A stretch of DNA of 64,000 bases, taken from contig CAXBBG010000002.1 in the NCBI GenBank assembly GCA_963974105.1, forward strand, positions 127,396 to 191,395, read 5' to 3'. This stretch comes from an uncultured Magnetococcales bacterium (GTDB taxonomy: Bacteria; Pseudomonadota; Alphaproteobacteria; UBA2136). Position 1 is the first letter of the stretch, and each line of letters begins with the position of its first letter. Of this stretch, positions 27,866 to 36,690 are shown piece after piece. The position numbers and the translations under genes were made by a program. The notes beneath the pieces were generated by a model. That model was given only the letters and a program-made list of their open reading frames with translations. It did not search any database and was not told where the DNA came from.

Positions 27866-30427
27866 TTATCCGCATGTAATATCGCCAATTTGCATAAATT
27901 GCTCATCTTCTTTTATAGGAGGGAGCGCAAATACACATTGGTTTTTAGCTGTATTTATGTATGGCGTTTCTGAGCCAAGTAATTCCATTTGAAAGAAGCC
28001 ATTACTGTCAGTTGTTGAAAAATCTTTCAAGCCTTCAATGCGTTGCCAAGCAATAGGGTTGCCATTGGTGTCAACGGCGCGCCCCATATATAGATATACC
28101 TTGTTAACTACCCATTCGTGTTGGGCAATGTTCCCAGGGAATAAGGTGATTTCAACAGGTGCTGTATTGTAGTCAAGCATGGCGCTTGTTTTGCTAGAAG
28201 GTGCAATGGTGAGTTTACCGCCAGAGTATTCTGGAATAGAAAAGGCAATATTATCTCCAACTTTTCCGTATGCTTTTGGAATACCATTGAAGTTAATAGA
28301 AACATCTTCACCTATGGCGTTACCCTTTAACTTTACAATGATGTTATTTGTTTGCCCACCCATGCTTGGTACTAAGACAGAGCTTTTTTCTTCGGCATCT
28401 AAAATAGAGTCACGTGTCGCAAGGAATGTTGTGTCCATGGTATAGTCAAGTTTTTGACTGTGTGGTCTATCATTGCGGTCTACGTTGTTGTAGTTTGCAG
28501 CAAATGACATGCTTTCCATGTCATGTGTAGCGGCAATATTTGTTGTGTAAACATCAAGGTCATTACTAATTGAAGCTGTGTTATTTACATTGAATGAAGA
28601 GCCAAGGGAGTTCGCCCTGCGGTTGTTATATGATAAGTCTTGAGCAAGTTTATTATATGTTTGGCTTGTATTGCTGGCATTACCCGCAGAGCTTTTGTAT
28701 TGCCATTTTGTTAATGGTTTTAAGTATTGATATGTTAAAAACACACCGTGGTTTGTGTAGTTACGTCCACGGGTAATGTTGGCCTGTGTTGAAAGCCTGT
28801 GTCCGTTATTATAGTACATGCGCCAGTTAACAGAAGGGCCAAATGTGTAAGTTGATTGTGTATTTAAGTTTTTAGCACCTTGAGCGTTGAGCGACCATGT
28901 AAAGTCATTGACGGTATAACGCATACCTGCCACAACATTTGTTCTTTTTATGCCAATGTTGTTTAAAAAGTCGTATTCATCAAGTCCTGTCGTGTCATGG
29001 TTGTAACCAAGGATGGCGTGTTGTGCGCGCACAAACCATGATGCTTTATCTGATTGATGGACAGGGTTATATTCAAATCCACCTGTAAAGGAAAGGTCGT
29101 TTTCTGATGTCATTGTGAATGCGGCATCGTATTTATAGCCATTGCCAAAGAATCCGCGTAATTTAGGTTCAAAGGCATAACCTGTATCTACACCATAAAG
29201 GTTTGCACTTAATTCAAGGGCATCGCTCAATCGCGTTGTATATTCAAATTGATAAACACCTTGTGAAAGCATATCGAGTCCGTCACGTTGGATACCTGCG
29301 GTGAATCTAAACTGTGGTCTTTCTCTTGAAATAAGCGAGTTGTCTTTTTGGAAAAATCGACGTTCCTCTGTCACGGTACCTGTATCATCTGTAATTTCAA
29401 TACGGATATCATATGAGCCTGTTGGGAATCGCTTTGTATCAATTGTGGTCATACCAAATGGGTGCTGTTCAGAATAAATGATCTGACTTTCGTTGCGATA
29501 AATGCGCACTTGTCCACGCGCGGGGATAAAAATTTCAACTGGCGTTGCTTTTAGGCTTGCATCATCACTATTATTTCTACCGTTACTTTCAATACGCACA
29601 CCATATATATTGGCACCTGACGTTAAGTTAACACCGCCAGTGTTTAACATACCAGCAGAGTAGATATTGCTGCCTAGGTTATGTTCTATTACTGCATTTG
29701 CAAAGTCATAACCTTCATTTTTAATGTAGTTACCTGTCGCTTTAGCACCCCAGTTACCACGGCTCAGGGCCATGCTGTGGTATAAGCCAAGAGAATCTCT
29801 TGTTAGAGGGTCAAAGTCGGTTGTCCCTGTCATGCGCATACGACTTGAGAATGAAATGTAATTCGCTGTACTGCGCTTTATAGATTTTGATTCAGTGGTT
29901 TCGGCAAGGGCTTGGGCTTGTGCTACTTTAATAGAAAGGGTAAAGTTTTTTGGATCTACAGAAACTGAACCAACATTCTCAAGTTCTTTGCTTTCACCTG
30001 CATATATTCTTCCCGTTAACAAAGGTAAAAAAGCTTTGACATCTTTTACTTTTGGCATTTGATCTAATACATCAACAGGGTTATCAATTTCAACCCATTT
30101 ATCTGTGTAGGTTACAAGTACACTACCAAAATAATTACCAACGGCATAAATATCAAATACCATTGTTTCAGGCGGCATTTCTTCTGAAATTTTCAGTGCA
30201 AGTTGCTTGGCTTTTTCAAGGCTTGTTGTAGGTTCTTCAACAATTTTTTTAGGTATTGCTGTTATATTGTTAGGTTCTGCTGGTGCTTCACCTGCAAACA
30301 TGTCTGGTACATCTGCTGCTTGGGCCGTTAATGCAGAAAAAAGGCTCGTCGCCAATAAAGGTAAAGCGCCCAGCGCGACGGTTTGTTTTTTATTCGGTGA
30401 TGTGTAAATAAAGCGGTTATTCTTCAT
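27866..30427 (-). CDS. Fimbrial outer-membrane usher-like protein
   Basis: 853 aa, signal peptide ending TAQAADV, beta-rich with many aromatic/Gly-X alternations, C-terminal ...TTDSNGFFQMEL...C...GDITCG. The size, its position between the chaperone and pilin genes, and the 11-nt overlap with the chaperone gene fit an usher. The family (Csu-like versus TcfC/CooC-like) was not resolved. Confidence 0.65.
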   Translation of the reverse strand: MKNNRFIYTSPNKKQTVALGALPLLATSLFSALTAQAADVPDMFAGEAPAEPNNITAIPKKIVEEPTTSLEKAKQLALKISEEMPPETMVFDIYAVGNYFGSVLVTYTDKWVEIDNPVDVLDQMPKVKDVKAFLPLLTGRIYAGESKELENVGSVSVDPKNFTLSIKVAQAQALAETTESKSIKRSTANYISFSSRMRMTGTTDFDPLTRDSLGLYHSMALSRGNWGAKATGNYIKNEGYDFANAVIEHNLGSNIYSAGMLNTGGVNLTSGANIYGVRIESNGRNNSDDASLKATPVEIFIPARGQVRIYRNESQIIYSEQHPFGMTTIDTKRFPTGSYDIRIEITDDTGTVTEERRFFQKDNSLISRERPQFRFTAGIQRDGLDMLSQGVYQFEYTTRLSDALELSANLYGVDTGYAFEPKLRGFFGNGYKYDAAFTMTSENDLSFTGGFEYNPVHQSDKASWFVRAQHAILGYNHDTTGLDEYDFLNNIGIKRTNVVAGMRYTVNDFTWSLNAQGAKNLNTQSTYTFGPSVNWRMYYNNGHRLSTQANITRGRNYTNHGVFLTYQYLKPLTKWQYKSSAGNASNTSQTYNKLAQDLSYNNRRANSLGSSFNVNNTASISNDLDVYTTNIAATHDMESMSFAANYNNVDRNDRPHSQKLDYTMDTTFLATRDSILDAEEKSSVLVPSMGGQTNNIIVKLKGNAIGEDVSINFNGIPKAYGKVGDNIAFSIPEYSGGKLTIAPSSKTSAMLDYNTAPVEITLFPGNIAQHEWVVNKVYLYMGRAVDTNGNPIAWQRIEGLKDFSTTDSNGFFQMELLGSETPYINTAKNQCVFALPPIKEDEQFMQIGDITCG

Positions 30428-31121
30428 ACGGTATAATAACCTCCTTTATTTCACCAAGGCTGCGCATCTCTATGGAGATATCTTTGTCTTGCAGTGGCTC
30501 GGGTAGGCTTAAGACCCACATATCACCAGCCCATAAACGCTGACCGCTGATGGTGCATTTAATTTCCTTAGCACAAAATCCGTCACGGCGAAGAACAAGG
30601 TTTGTATTGCCATTGTTTGTAAATGTAATACGGTCTTCGGTGCGTTCCCATGTAAGGTTTTCGGTCGGGGAAGGTGGGTTTAAAATAACCATAACACCTG
30701 TCGTTGTAAGTGTATGAATTTTAGAAGTCGCCACACCACCCTGCTCAATAACCTTTGGGCTAAAGACTATTCTAAAAATGCGTTCTTTATTTTCAGGGCG
30801 TTCCTGAGATGCAATGCGGACAGCACGCTGCGTTTTAGGTGAAAGGGTGAACATTTCAGGCGCAGTGAAAAGCGTTTTGGTTGATAGGTGTTCAGCATTT
30901 TCTGAAGCAGGGTTAATCACTTCTGTAATAACTGATTTTATTTGAATAGTTTTGTCAGCACTGTAATTCCCAACTGCAATATCAGTTATCAATCTTTCGC
31001 CATCTTTAAATTCTAAAATAGCGTCACTCACAATTACCTGTGCAAAGCAGGTAAAGGGTATGCAGGCTAATACAGCGAGCAGCGTAAATGAAGCGGTAGC
31101 TTTTCTAAATAAAATTCTCAT
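30417..31121 (-). CDS. Periplasmic fimbrial chaperone (PapD-like fold)
   Basis: 234 aa with a signal peptide. LFTAPEMFTLSPKTQRAVRIASQERPENKERIFRIVFSPKV matches the chaperone pattern f.v.PP.f.l.p...q.vRi.....p.drE..f.l.v..iP. Confidence 0.7.
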   Translation of the reverse strand: MRILFRKATASFTLLAVLACIPFTCFAQVIVSDAILEFKDGERLITDIAVGNYSADKTIQIKSVITEVINPASENAEHLSTKTLFTAPEMFTLSPKTQRAVRIASQERPENKERIFRIVFSPKVIEQGGVATSKIHTLTTTGVMVILNPPSPTENLTWERTEDRITFTNNGNTNLVLRRDGFCAKEIKCTISGQRLWAGDMWVLSLPEPLQDKDISIEMRSLGEIKEVIIPYEE

Positions 31122-31337
31122 AGCTAAAATTATATAGCGTTTGTGTTAAGAACGCTTACTTAGAATGGTTTGAAGCGGTTTAAAAGCCTTAAGTAGCACG
31201 AAGGTGTGTGGCACAATTTATACGCTTTTTACGCAGTTGTCTTTTTTGCACCGCTCCTCTGTAGAAACTTTGTATTTTTTTAGTGTGCTGAGTCTTTTTT
31301 ACTTGATGTTCTTGTGTGTGTATTTGCAAAATAAGGT

Positions 31338-32324
31338 ATGAATAAATTTGTACCAACGTCACTTAAATTATGGGCAGTGCCTTTTGCGCTGATTATAGCT
31401 GTGCCTTTTACCGCACATGCTAAAGTGATGGGTTTAAAGGTTGATGAGCCTGTTGATACCGCATCTATTATGCCTGAAGCAAACATAAAAAGTGGCTTAA
31501 TGCCAAATTTAACGGTTAATTTTCAATTGAATTCTACATTAGGTCCAGAAGAGACGGCGTACTATGCGAAGATTGTTGAAAAAATGCTTTCTGATATGCC
31601 TAAAAAAATTCAGTTAGAGGGCGAGGAGCGTCACCTTCTTTCGGGCTCTAACCAATACGACACATTGAAGGTTGTTGCATATCTTCCTCCTGTAAATGAA
31701 GAAATTTCAGATAATCCTTTAAACAAGGTGGTAAAAAAGTTTGATATATCTTTTGAATTACCGCGTGAAAAAAAGCTTGAGCGTGTTATAGCGACTGCAA
31801 AGACAGGTCAAGCTATTGTGGTAGAACAAAAAGATTCGTATGAAACCTTTATGGCAAAAGTCGGTATAATGAAGGACGGCGGTGATATTTCTGCGAGCGC
31901 TGTTCCGCTGCCACCCATTCAAGAGCCAGAAGAGCCTTCTAAGAAGGTGGAATCATCTGTAAAAACGTCCACTGTTTCTGCTGGAAAAGTAACACCTAAA
32001 AAGGCCTTAGAAAAACCTAAAGCTGTTGTTAAAATTAAGCCCGTTGAACTTACATATTTCGATGCGAACTCAGATTTTATATCGGCGCATCAGAAGAGTT
32101 TTGATGCTTTTGTGGCCCAATTTAAGTCGTCAGGTCAAAATCATTTAAGTGTTATTACCCAAACAATGGCGAGTCCTTTTACGCCGTGGGCTGATGTGCG
32201 TGATGCGCGTGTAACGCATTTAAAAGAACTGCTTCAAAGTGCTGGTGTCGATGTATCTAAGGTGAAGTTTAGCTTTGTTCATTTGAAGTCTATTTCAAAG
32301 CAGACCGTTCTTTTAGAAATTTAA
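31338..32324 (+). CDS. Secreted hypothetical protein with Pro/Lys-rich linker and a degenerate OmpA-C-like C-terminal domain
   Basis: 328 aa, signal peptide ...PFTAHAKV, linker PLPPIQEPEEPSKK...KPKAVVKIKP. The C-terminal ~95 aa (LTYFDANSDFISAHQKSFDAFVAQFKSSGQNHLSVITQT...ARVTHLKELLQSAGVDVSKVKF) follows the OmpA-like secondary pattern but lacks the TD..G...N..LS..RA residues. Confidence 0.5.
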   Translation: MNKFVPTSLKLWAVPFALIIAVPFTAHAKVMGLKVDEPVDTASIMPEANIKSGLMPNLTVNFQLNSTLGPEETAYYAKIVEKMLSDMPKKIQLEGEERHLLSGSNQYDTLKVVAYLPPVNEEISDNPLNKVVKKFDISFELPREKKLERVIATAKTGQAIVVEQKDSYETFMAKVGIMKDGGDISASAVPLPPIQEPEEPSKKVESSVKTSTVSAGKVTPKKALEKPKAVVKIKPVELTYFDANSDFISAHQKSFDAFVAQFKSSGQNHLSVITQTMASPFTPWADVRDARVTHLKELLQSAGVDVSKVKFSFVHLKSISKQTVLLEI

Positions 32325-32326
32325 TT

Positions 32327-32650
32327 TTACTGTTTGGGCATTTTAAATTTGATACGAATATTTTTTTCGTTAAACCCGCAATTGAGTTCTCTGTTGTGCA
32401 TAATAGATTCTTGAACGTCTTTGTATATTAGCTCTTCGCTACCTGCGGCGCCACCAACCGATTCATACTTTTCAAATTCCGTCACAAGTTTATTAAGGTT
32501 TGATTGAACTCCCATGCATGAAAGGCCGTTAATTTGCTTATGCTCCCATAGTATATACAGGATAATCATACTAATGACCGTGATACCTAGGAAGATATAT
32601 GTGCCGCGGTTGCTTTCTACTTCGGAGTTGTGATTTTTTAGGTTGTTCAT
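32327..32650 (-). CDS. Hypothetical small single-pass membrane protein (107 aa)
   Basis: I use the internal ATG at 32650 (MNNLKNHNSEV...); one TM helix (YIFLGITVISMIILYILW). The longer track ORF (to 32926) would overlap the divergent response-regulator gene and is AT-rich junk. Confidence 0.4.
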   Translation of the reverse strand: MNNLKNHNSEVESNRGTYIFLGITVISMIILYILWEHKQINGLSCMGVQSNLNKLVTEFEKYESVGGAAGSEELIYKDVQESIMHNRELNCGFNEKNIRIKFKMPKQ

Positions 32651-32800
32651 GATAATAAGTTTATGGTTTCTACTGAGTTTTGTAAAATTAAAACTTAAAA
32701 TTATTTTGTTATATATAAAATTTTTAGGAAATAAAAAGCAGTTTGTGTTATAAAATATTAAGTTAATTTTATTTAAATAAAAAGAAGAAGTGCCTATAAA

Positions 32801-33691
32801 ATGCAGTTGGTTATTGAAAACGCTGAAGAAGAAATTAGAGAACGCGTTGAAGAGATGGAAGCGCACCCAATGGCTTGGCGCGCAATTCATTGCTTGTGGC
32901 CTGAAGCGCCTAAATATCAACTCCAAGAATTGTGCGGCAAATTGCGAGAAACCTTGGGTGACGAAGATAGCTATATTTTTAGATGGGGTAAAAGCGATAT
33001 TTTTATTATTGCAAAAGGTACGCGTATTGAACCTCTAGAAAAGGCACGCCTAGACACTGAAAAACACTGCCGTGAATGTCAACATATTGACAAGGACGAG
33101 CCATACAAAACAGTTGCTTATGACTTGAGTATTTCGTGGGACGAATTTAGAGACTTTTTCTCATTCCGTGAGCGTGAAATTGCTAAAGAGGAAGAAGTTA
33201 GTCACGAATCGATTCAGCGGGATATGAAAGAAGAAGAAATAAAACTTATTAACATGGACTTTAGTGAAAAGAAGGTTGAACTTCAAAGGCGTGCCATGCG
33301 CCCGGGTGTCACTATTTTGGCTGTGGATGCTGATAACGGAACGCTTGAACTTTTAGACGGTATTTGCAAAGGATATAAAGTTATTCGTGCCCATAATGGT
33401 GAAGAAGCATTGGTGCGTTACTTTGATGAAGCGCCTGATATTGTTATTATGGATACGCAACTGCCTATTTTAGATGGTTGGGAAGTGGTAAAGCATATCT
33501 TTAAATATGATAATAATGCTTTTGTCATCATGGTTACAGCTAAAACAGATGCCTCTGACGTGCAGCGCGCTATTGCTTCAGGCGTGAATGGTATTGTTAA
33601 GAAACCTTTTAACCAAGGTAAAATTGCACAATATCTTGCACGTTTTACATCAAAAGCGCCAATGCACAAGCGTGTGCTAGACGAATGCTAA
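32801..33691 (+). CDS. Response regulator with C-terminal receiver domain and an unrecognised ~170-aa N-terminal domain
   Basis: 296 aa. The REC domain is at aa ~172-290: TILAVDADNG..., phospho-acceptor IVIMDTQLPILDG, VTAKTD, KKPF. I could not assign the N-terminal part. Confidence 0.8.
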   Translation: MQLVIENAEEEIRERVEEMEAHPMAWRAIHCLWPEAPKYQLQELCGKLRETLGDEDSYIFRWGKSDIFIIAKGTRIEPLEKARLDTEKHCRECQHIDKDEPYKTVAYDLSISWDEFRDFFSFREREIAKEEEVSHESIQRDMKEEEIKLINMDFSEKKVELQRRAMRPGVTILAVDADNGTLELLDGICKGYKVIRAHNGEEALVRYFDEAPDIVIMDTQLPILDGWEVVKHIFKYDNNAFVIMVTAKTDASDVQRAIASGVNGIVKKPFNQGKIAQYLARFTSKAPMHKRVLDEC

Positions 33692-33805
33692 TTTTTTAAG
33701 ACTAATTTGCCCTTTATTTCGCCATTTTGTACTTAAAAACGTTGCAATTTTTGCAAAAATTGTCATGATGTATGGTATCTAAAATTCAAATAAGGCAATT
33801 TCTAT

Positions 33806-34951
33806 ATGACATCAGTTTTAGCTCAAAACAAACCTGTATTTAGTGAAGGTGTCCTACCTTCTCAAGACTTTGAACGTATGATATCAAGCGGTATTATTAA
33901 GGCTGATGAACTTGTTGAAAATGGCCAAATTCAACCTGCAAGCATGGACTTGCGTCTTGGTTCAATTGCGTATCGTGTGCGTGCTGGTTTCTTAGCGGGG
34001 CAGGGTAATACCGTCCTTGAACGCATGGAAGAGCTTAAAATGCATGAGGTTGATATTTCAGACAGTGGCGTGCTTGAGCGCGGTGCTGTTTACATTATCC
34101 CATTGCTTGAGTCTGTGAATTTACCGACTGATATCGAAGGTATTGCCAGCCCTAAAAGCACAACAGGTCGTCTTGATATTTTAACACGTTTAATTTGTGA
34201 TAATGGCACAAGTTTTGACCAAATTCCATCTGGTTATCAAGGCCGTTTATATGTTGAAGTGACGCCGCTTACTTTTAGCGTTATTGTTCATAAAGGTGAC
34301 AAATTAAATCAACTTCGCTTGCGTAAAGGAAACACGGTTTTAAACGACGCTGAACTTGCTAAACTGGATGAAAAAACACCACTTATTTATAACGATGAAA
34401 AACAGGCAGAAAGCCCAATGTTTTGTGAAGGTGTTTGGTTGAGTGTTGACCTTAAAGGTAAAGACGGCAGCCATATTGTTGGTTACCGTGCACGTAAAAA
34501 TGCGCCGTTGGTTGACCTTCAAAAAATTGGACACTATGACATCGAAGAGTTTTGGGAACCTATTCAAAAACCTACGTCAGGCAGGCTTATTTTAAACCCA
34601 GAAGATTTTTACATTTTAGCCTCAAGGGAATGTATCCGAGTTCCTGGGAATTACAGTTCAGAAATGATGGCTTATGAAACCACAGCAGGTGAATTACGCG
34701 TTCATTACGCAGGGTTTTTTGACCCAGGATTTGGTTGTGATGTTGCTGGTGAAGGTGGTTGTGGTACCACAGGTGTACTTGAAATTCGCTCACATGATGT
34801 GCCTTTTGTTTTAGAACATGGGCAACGCATTTGCCGTATGGTTTATGAAAAATTAAGCGACGTACCAGAAAAAATATACAGCCAAAATATTGGTTCGAAC
34901 TATGCAGGTCAAACACTTAAACTGGCTAAACAATTTAAGATGGAAAAATAA
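33806..34951 (+). CDS. dcd: 2'-deoxycytidine 5'-triphosphate deaminase, long (~380 aa) form
   Basis: 381 aa. The N-terminal part has the dCTP-deaminase/dUTPase-like pattern (QPASMDLRLG, PKSTTGRLDI, a second HYAGFFDPGF block). The length and position upstream of maf match the long-form dcd annotated in alphaproteobacteria (from memory). Confidence 0.65.
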   Translation: MTSVLAQNKPVFSEGVLPSQDFERMISSGIIKADELVENGQIQPASMDLRLGSIAYRVRAGFLAGQGNTVLERMEELKMHEVDISDSGVLERGAVYIIPLLESVNLPTDIEGIASPKSTTGRLDILTRLICDNGTSFDQIPSGYQGRLYVEVTPLTFSVIVHKGDKLNQLRLRKGNTVLNDAELAKLDEKTPLIYNDEKQAESPMFCEGVWLSVDLKGKDGSHIVGYRARKNAPLVDLQKIGHYDIEEFWEPIQKPTSGRLILNPEDFYILASRECIRVPGNYSSEMMAYETTAGELRVHYAGFFDPGFGCDVAGEGGCGTTGVLEIRSHDVPFVLEHGQRICRMVYEKLSDVPEKIYSQNIGSNYAGQTLKLAKQFKMEK

Positions 34952-34952
34952 A

Positions 34953-35528
34953 ATGACAGCATTTATCTTGGCTTCATCTTCACCGCGCAGGCAACAGATG
35001 TTTCAAGACTTACAAGCTGAATTTACCGTTGTTGTCCCTGATATTGACGAGTCGGTTTTAAAAGGTGAAAAGCCTGTAGACTATGTACGCCGTGTGGCAC
35101 GTGAAAAGGCATTGGCTGTTTCTGCTAGACAACCAAATCAAGTTGTACTGGCAGCGGACACAACAGTGGCTTTGGGGCGCTCTATTCTAGGTAAACCATC
35201 AGATAAAGCAGATGCAGAAAATATGCTTCACCTTATGTCGGGGCGTCGTCAAAATGTTATCAGCGCAGTTTGTGTTATAGATGCACGAGGTAACCTCCAC
35301 GAAGACTATACAATTACAAAAGTGAAAATCAAACCGCTTTCAAAAATGGATATTAAACGCCATATTTCTCATGCCGATAATTGGCAGGGTAAGGCTGGTG
35401 GTTATGGTATTCAGACCACGGCAGGTGGTGCACTTATTCACAGTATTCAAGGTTCTCATACAGGGGTAGTGGGGTTACCGTTACCGCAGGCTATTAACTT
35501 ATTAAGGAGATGTAACATTGAGCTATGA
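34953..35528 (+). CDS. maf: Maf family nucleoside-triphosphate pyrophosphatase
   Basis: FILASSSPRRQQMF..., AADTTV, GKAGGYGIQ. The ATG at 34953 lies 1 nt after the dcd stop; the track ORF's 21-aa upstream extension is rejected. Confidence 0.9.
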   Translation: MTAFILASSSPRRQQMFQDLQAEFTVVVPDIDESVLKGEKPVDYVRRVAREKALAVSARQPNQVVLAADTTVALGRSILGKPSDKADAENMLHLMSGRRQNVISAVCVIDARGNLHEDYTITKVKIKPLSKMDIKRHISHADNWQGKAGGYGIQTTAGGALIHSIQGSHTGVVGLPLPQAINLLRRCNIEL

Positions 35529-36660
35529 TATCGTTTATGAATCGTGCCCATGGTACCAGCGCGCATCTTTATTTAATGAACATAAAAAATTATTAAGCTT
35601 ACACCAAGATTTTGAAAGTAGTACTTATAAAGAAGGCGCTGTAATTGTAGGGCGTATACGTACTATTGTTGCTGGCTTAAATGCTGCTTTTGTTGATATT
35701 GGTGACATTGATGATGGTTTTTTGCCTTTAAATAAAATTCCTAAAAGTTTGGGTAATTTGTGTGAAGGTCAGGCTATTGTTGTGCGTATTACAAGGGAGC
35801 GTACGGACGAAAAGGGGGCAACCTTAAATGCCAATGTTTTACATGCAATGCCCGAAGGCGTTTTAAAATTACCAATGATACTTGAATACCCGCCTGTTGC
35901 GTTATCGCGCGCATTGATGAGTTCTGGTTCAGCGCCAGTACGTGTGTGGATTAACGACGCACGTTTAAGAGTTGAGGCGCTTAAATTTATCCCTGAAACA
36001 AAAATTTATCAACTTGATCAGCATGAAGATGTGGATCTATTTGAGAAATTAGACGATGAATTGTCTCTGCTTTCGGGCAACGTTTTCCCGCTTATAGGTG
36101 GTGGTAGTTTAACCATTGAACGCACAAAAGCGCTCACATCTATTGATGTGGACTCTGGTTCTATGATTATGGCGAAGAAGGAAGACTTAGCATTTCAGGT
36201 GAATATGATAGCGACAGGTGAGATTGTAAGGCTTTGTCGTTTATTGAATATTGGTGGCAGTGTTATTGTTGACTTTATTACGATGCGTTCTAATGCACAT
36301 CGTGCGCAAGTTACGGAGCACTTAAAGGAGTTGTTTTATGAAAGTGATGTGATGCGTGTGGATGTTTTACGCATGTCACGTTTTGGATTACTTGAATTTA
36401 ATCGCGAAAAGGTTGGGGCAACGCTTTTACAAAACCTTACGAAACCTTCTGCTGTGGCGAGTGATATTTTATTGAAGTTGTGGCGTGATAAACCTGGTTC
36501 GAAAATACATAGGGTTGTCGCTTCTAGTGATGTGATTGGTGTGTTGTCTAGCCGTTTAACCGCGTCGACATGTATTGCTTATTTAGGGCGACCGGTAGAG
36601 CTTGTTGCCCGTGATGACTTTACTTCAGAATGTTACGCCCTTTCATCTACAGACGTTTAA
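35518..36660 (+). CDS. rng: Rne/Rng family ribonuclease (short RNase G-like)
   Basis: 380 aa, TTG start. S1-like GAVIVGRIRTIVAGLNAAFVDIGDIDDGFLPL and DNase-I-like TSIDVDSG. maf-rng synteny as in many proteobacteria. Confidence 0.75.
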   Translation: MSYDIVYESCPWYQRASLFNEHKKLLSLHQDFESSTYKEGAVIVGRIRTIVAGLNAAFVDIGDIDDGFLPLNKIPKSLGNLCEGQAIVVRITRERTDEKGATLNANVLHAMPEGVLKLPMILEYPPVALSRALMSSGSAPVRVWINDARLRVEALKFIPETKIYQLDQHEDVDLFEKLDDELSLLSGNVFPLIGGGSLTIERTKALTSIDVDSGSMIMAKKEDLAFQVNMIATGEIVRLCRLLNIGGSVIVDFITMRSNAHRAQVTEHLKELFYESDVMRVDVLRMSRFGLLEFNREKVGATLLQNLTKPSAVASDILLKLWRDKPGSKIHRVVASSDVIGVLSSRLTASTCIAYLGRPVELVARDDFTSECYALSSTDV

Positions 36661-36690
36661 ATTTCTGTAGATGAGGTGTTTTTTCAGAGC

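Noticed and set aside
32651-32926. N-terminal 92 aa of the 199-aa minus-strand ORF
   Set aside because: It is Phe/Asn/Ile-rich translation of an AT-rich divergent promoter region and would overlap the response-regulator gene start by 126 nt. The internal Met at 32650 is used instead.
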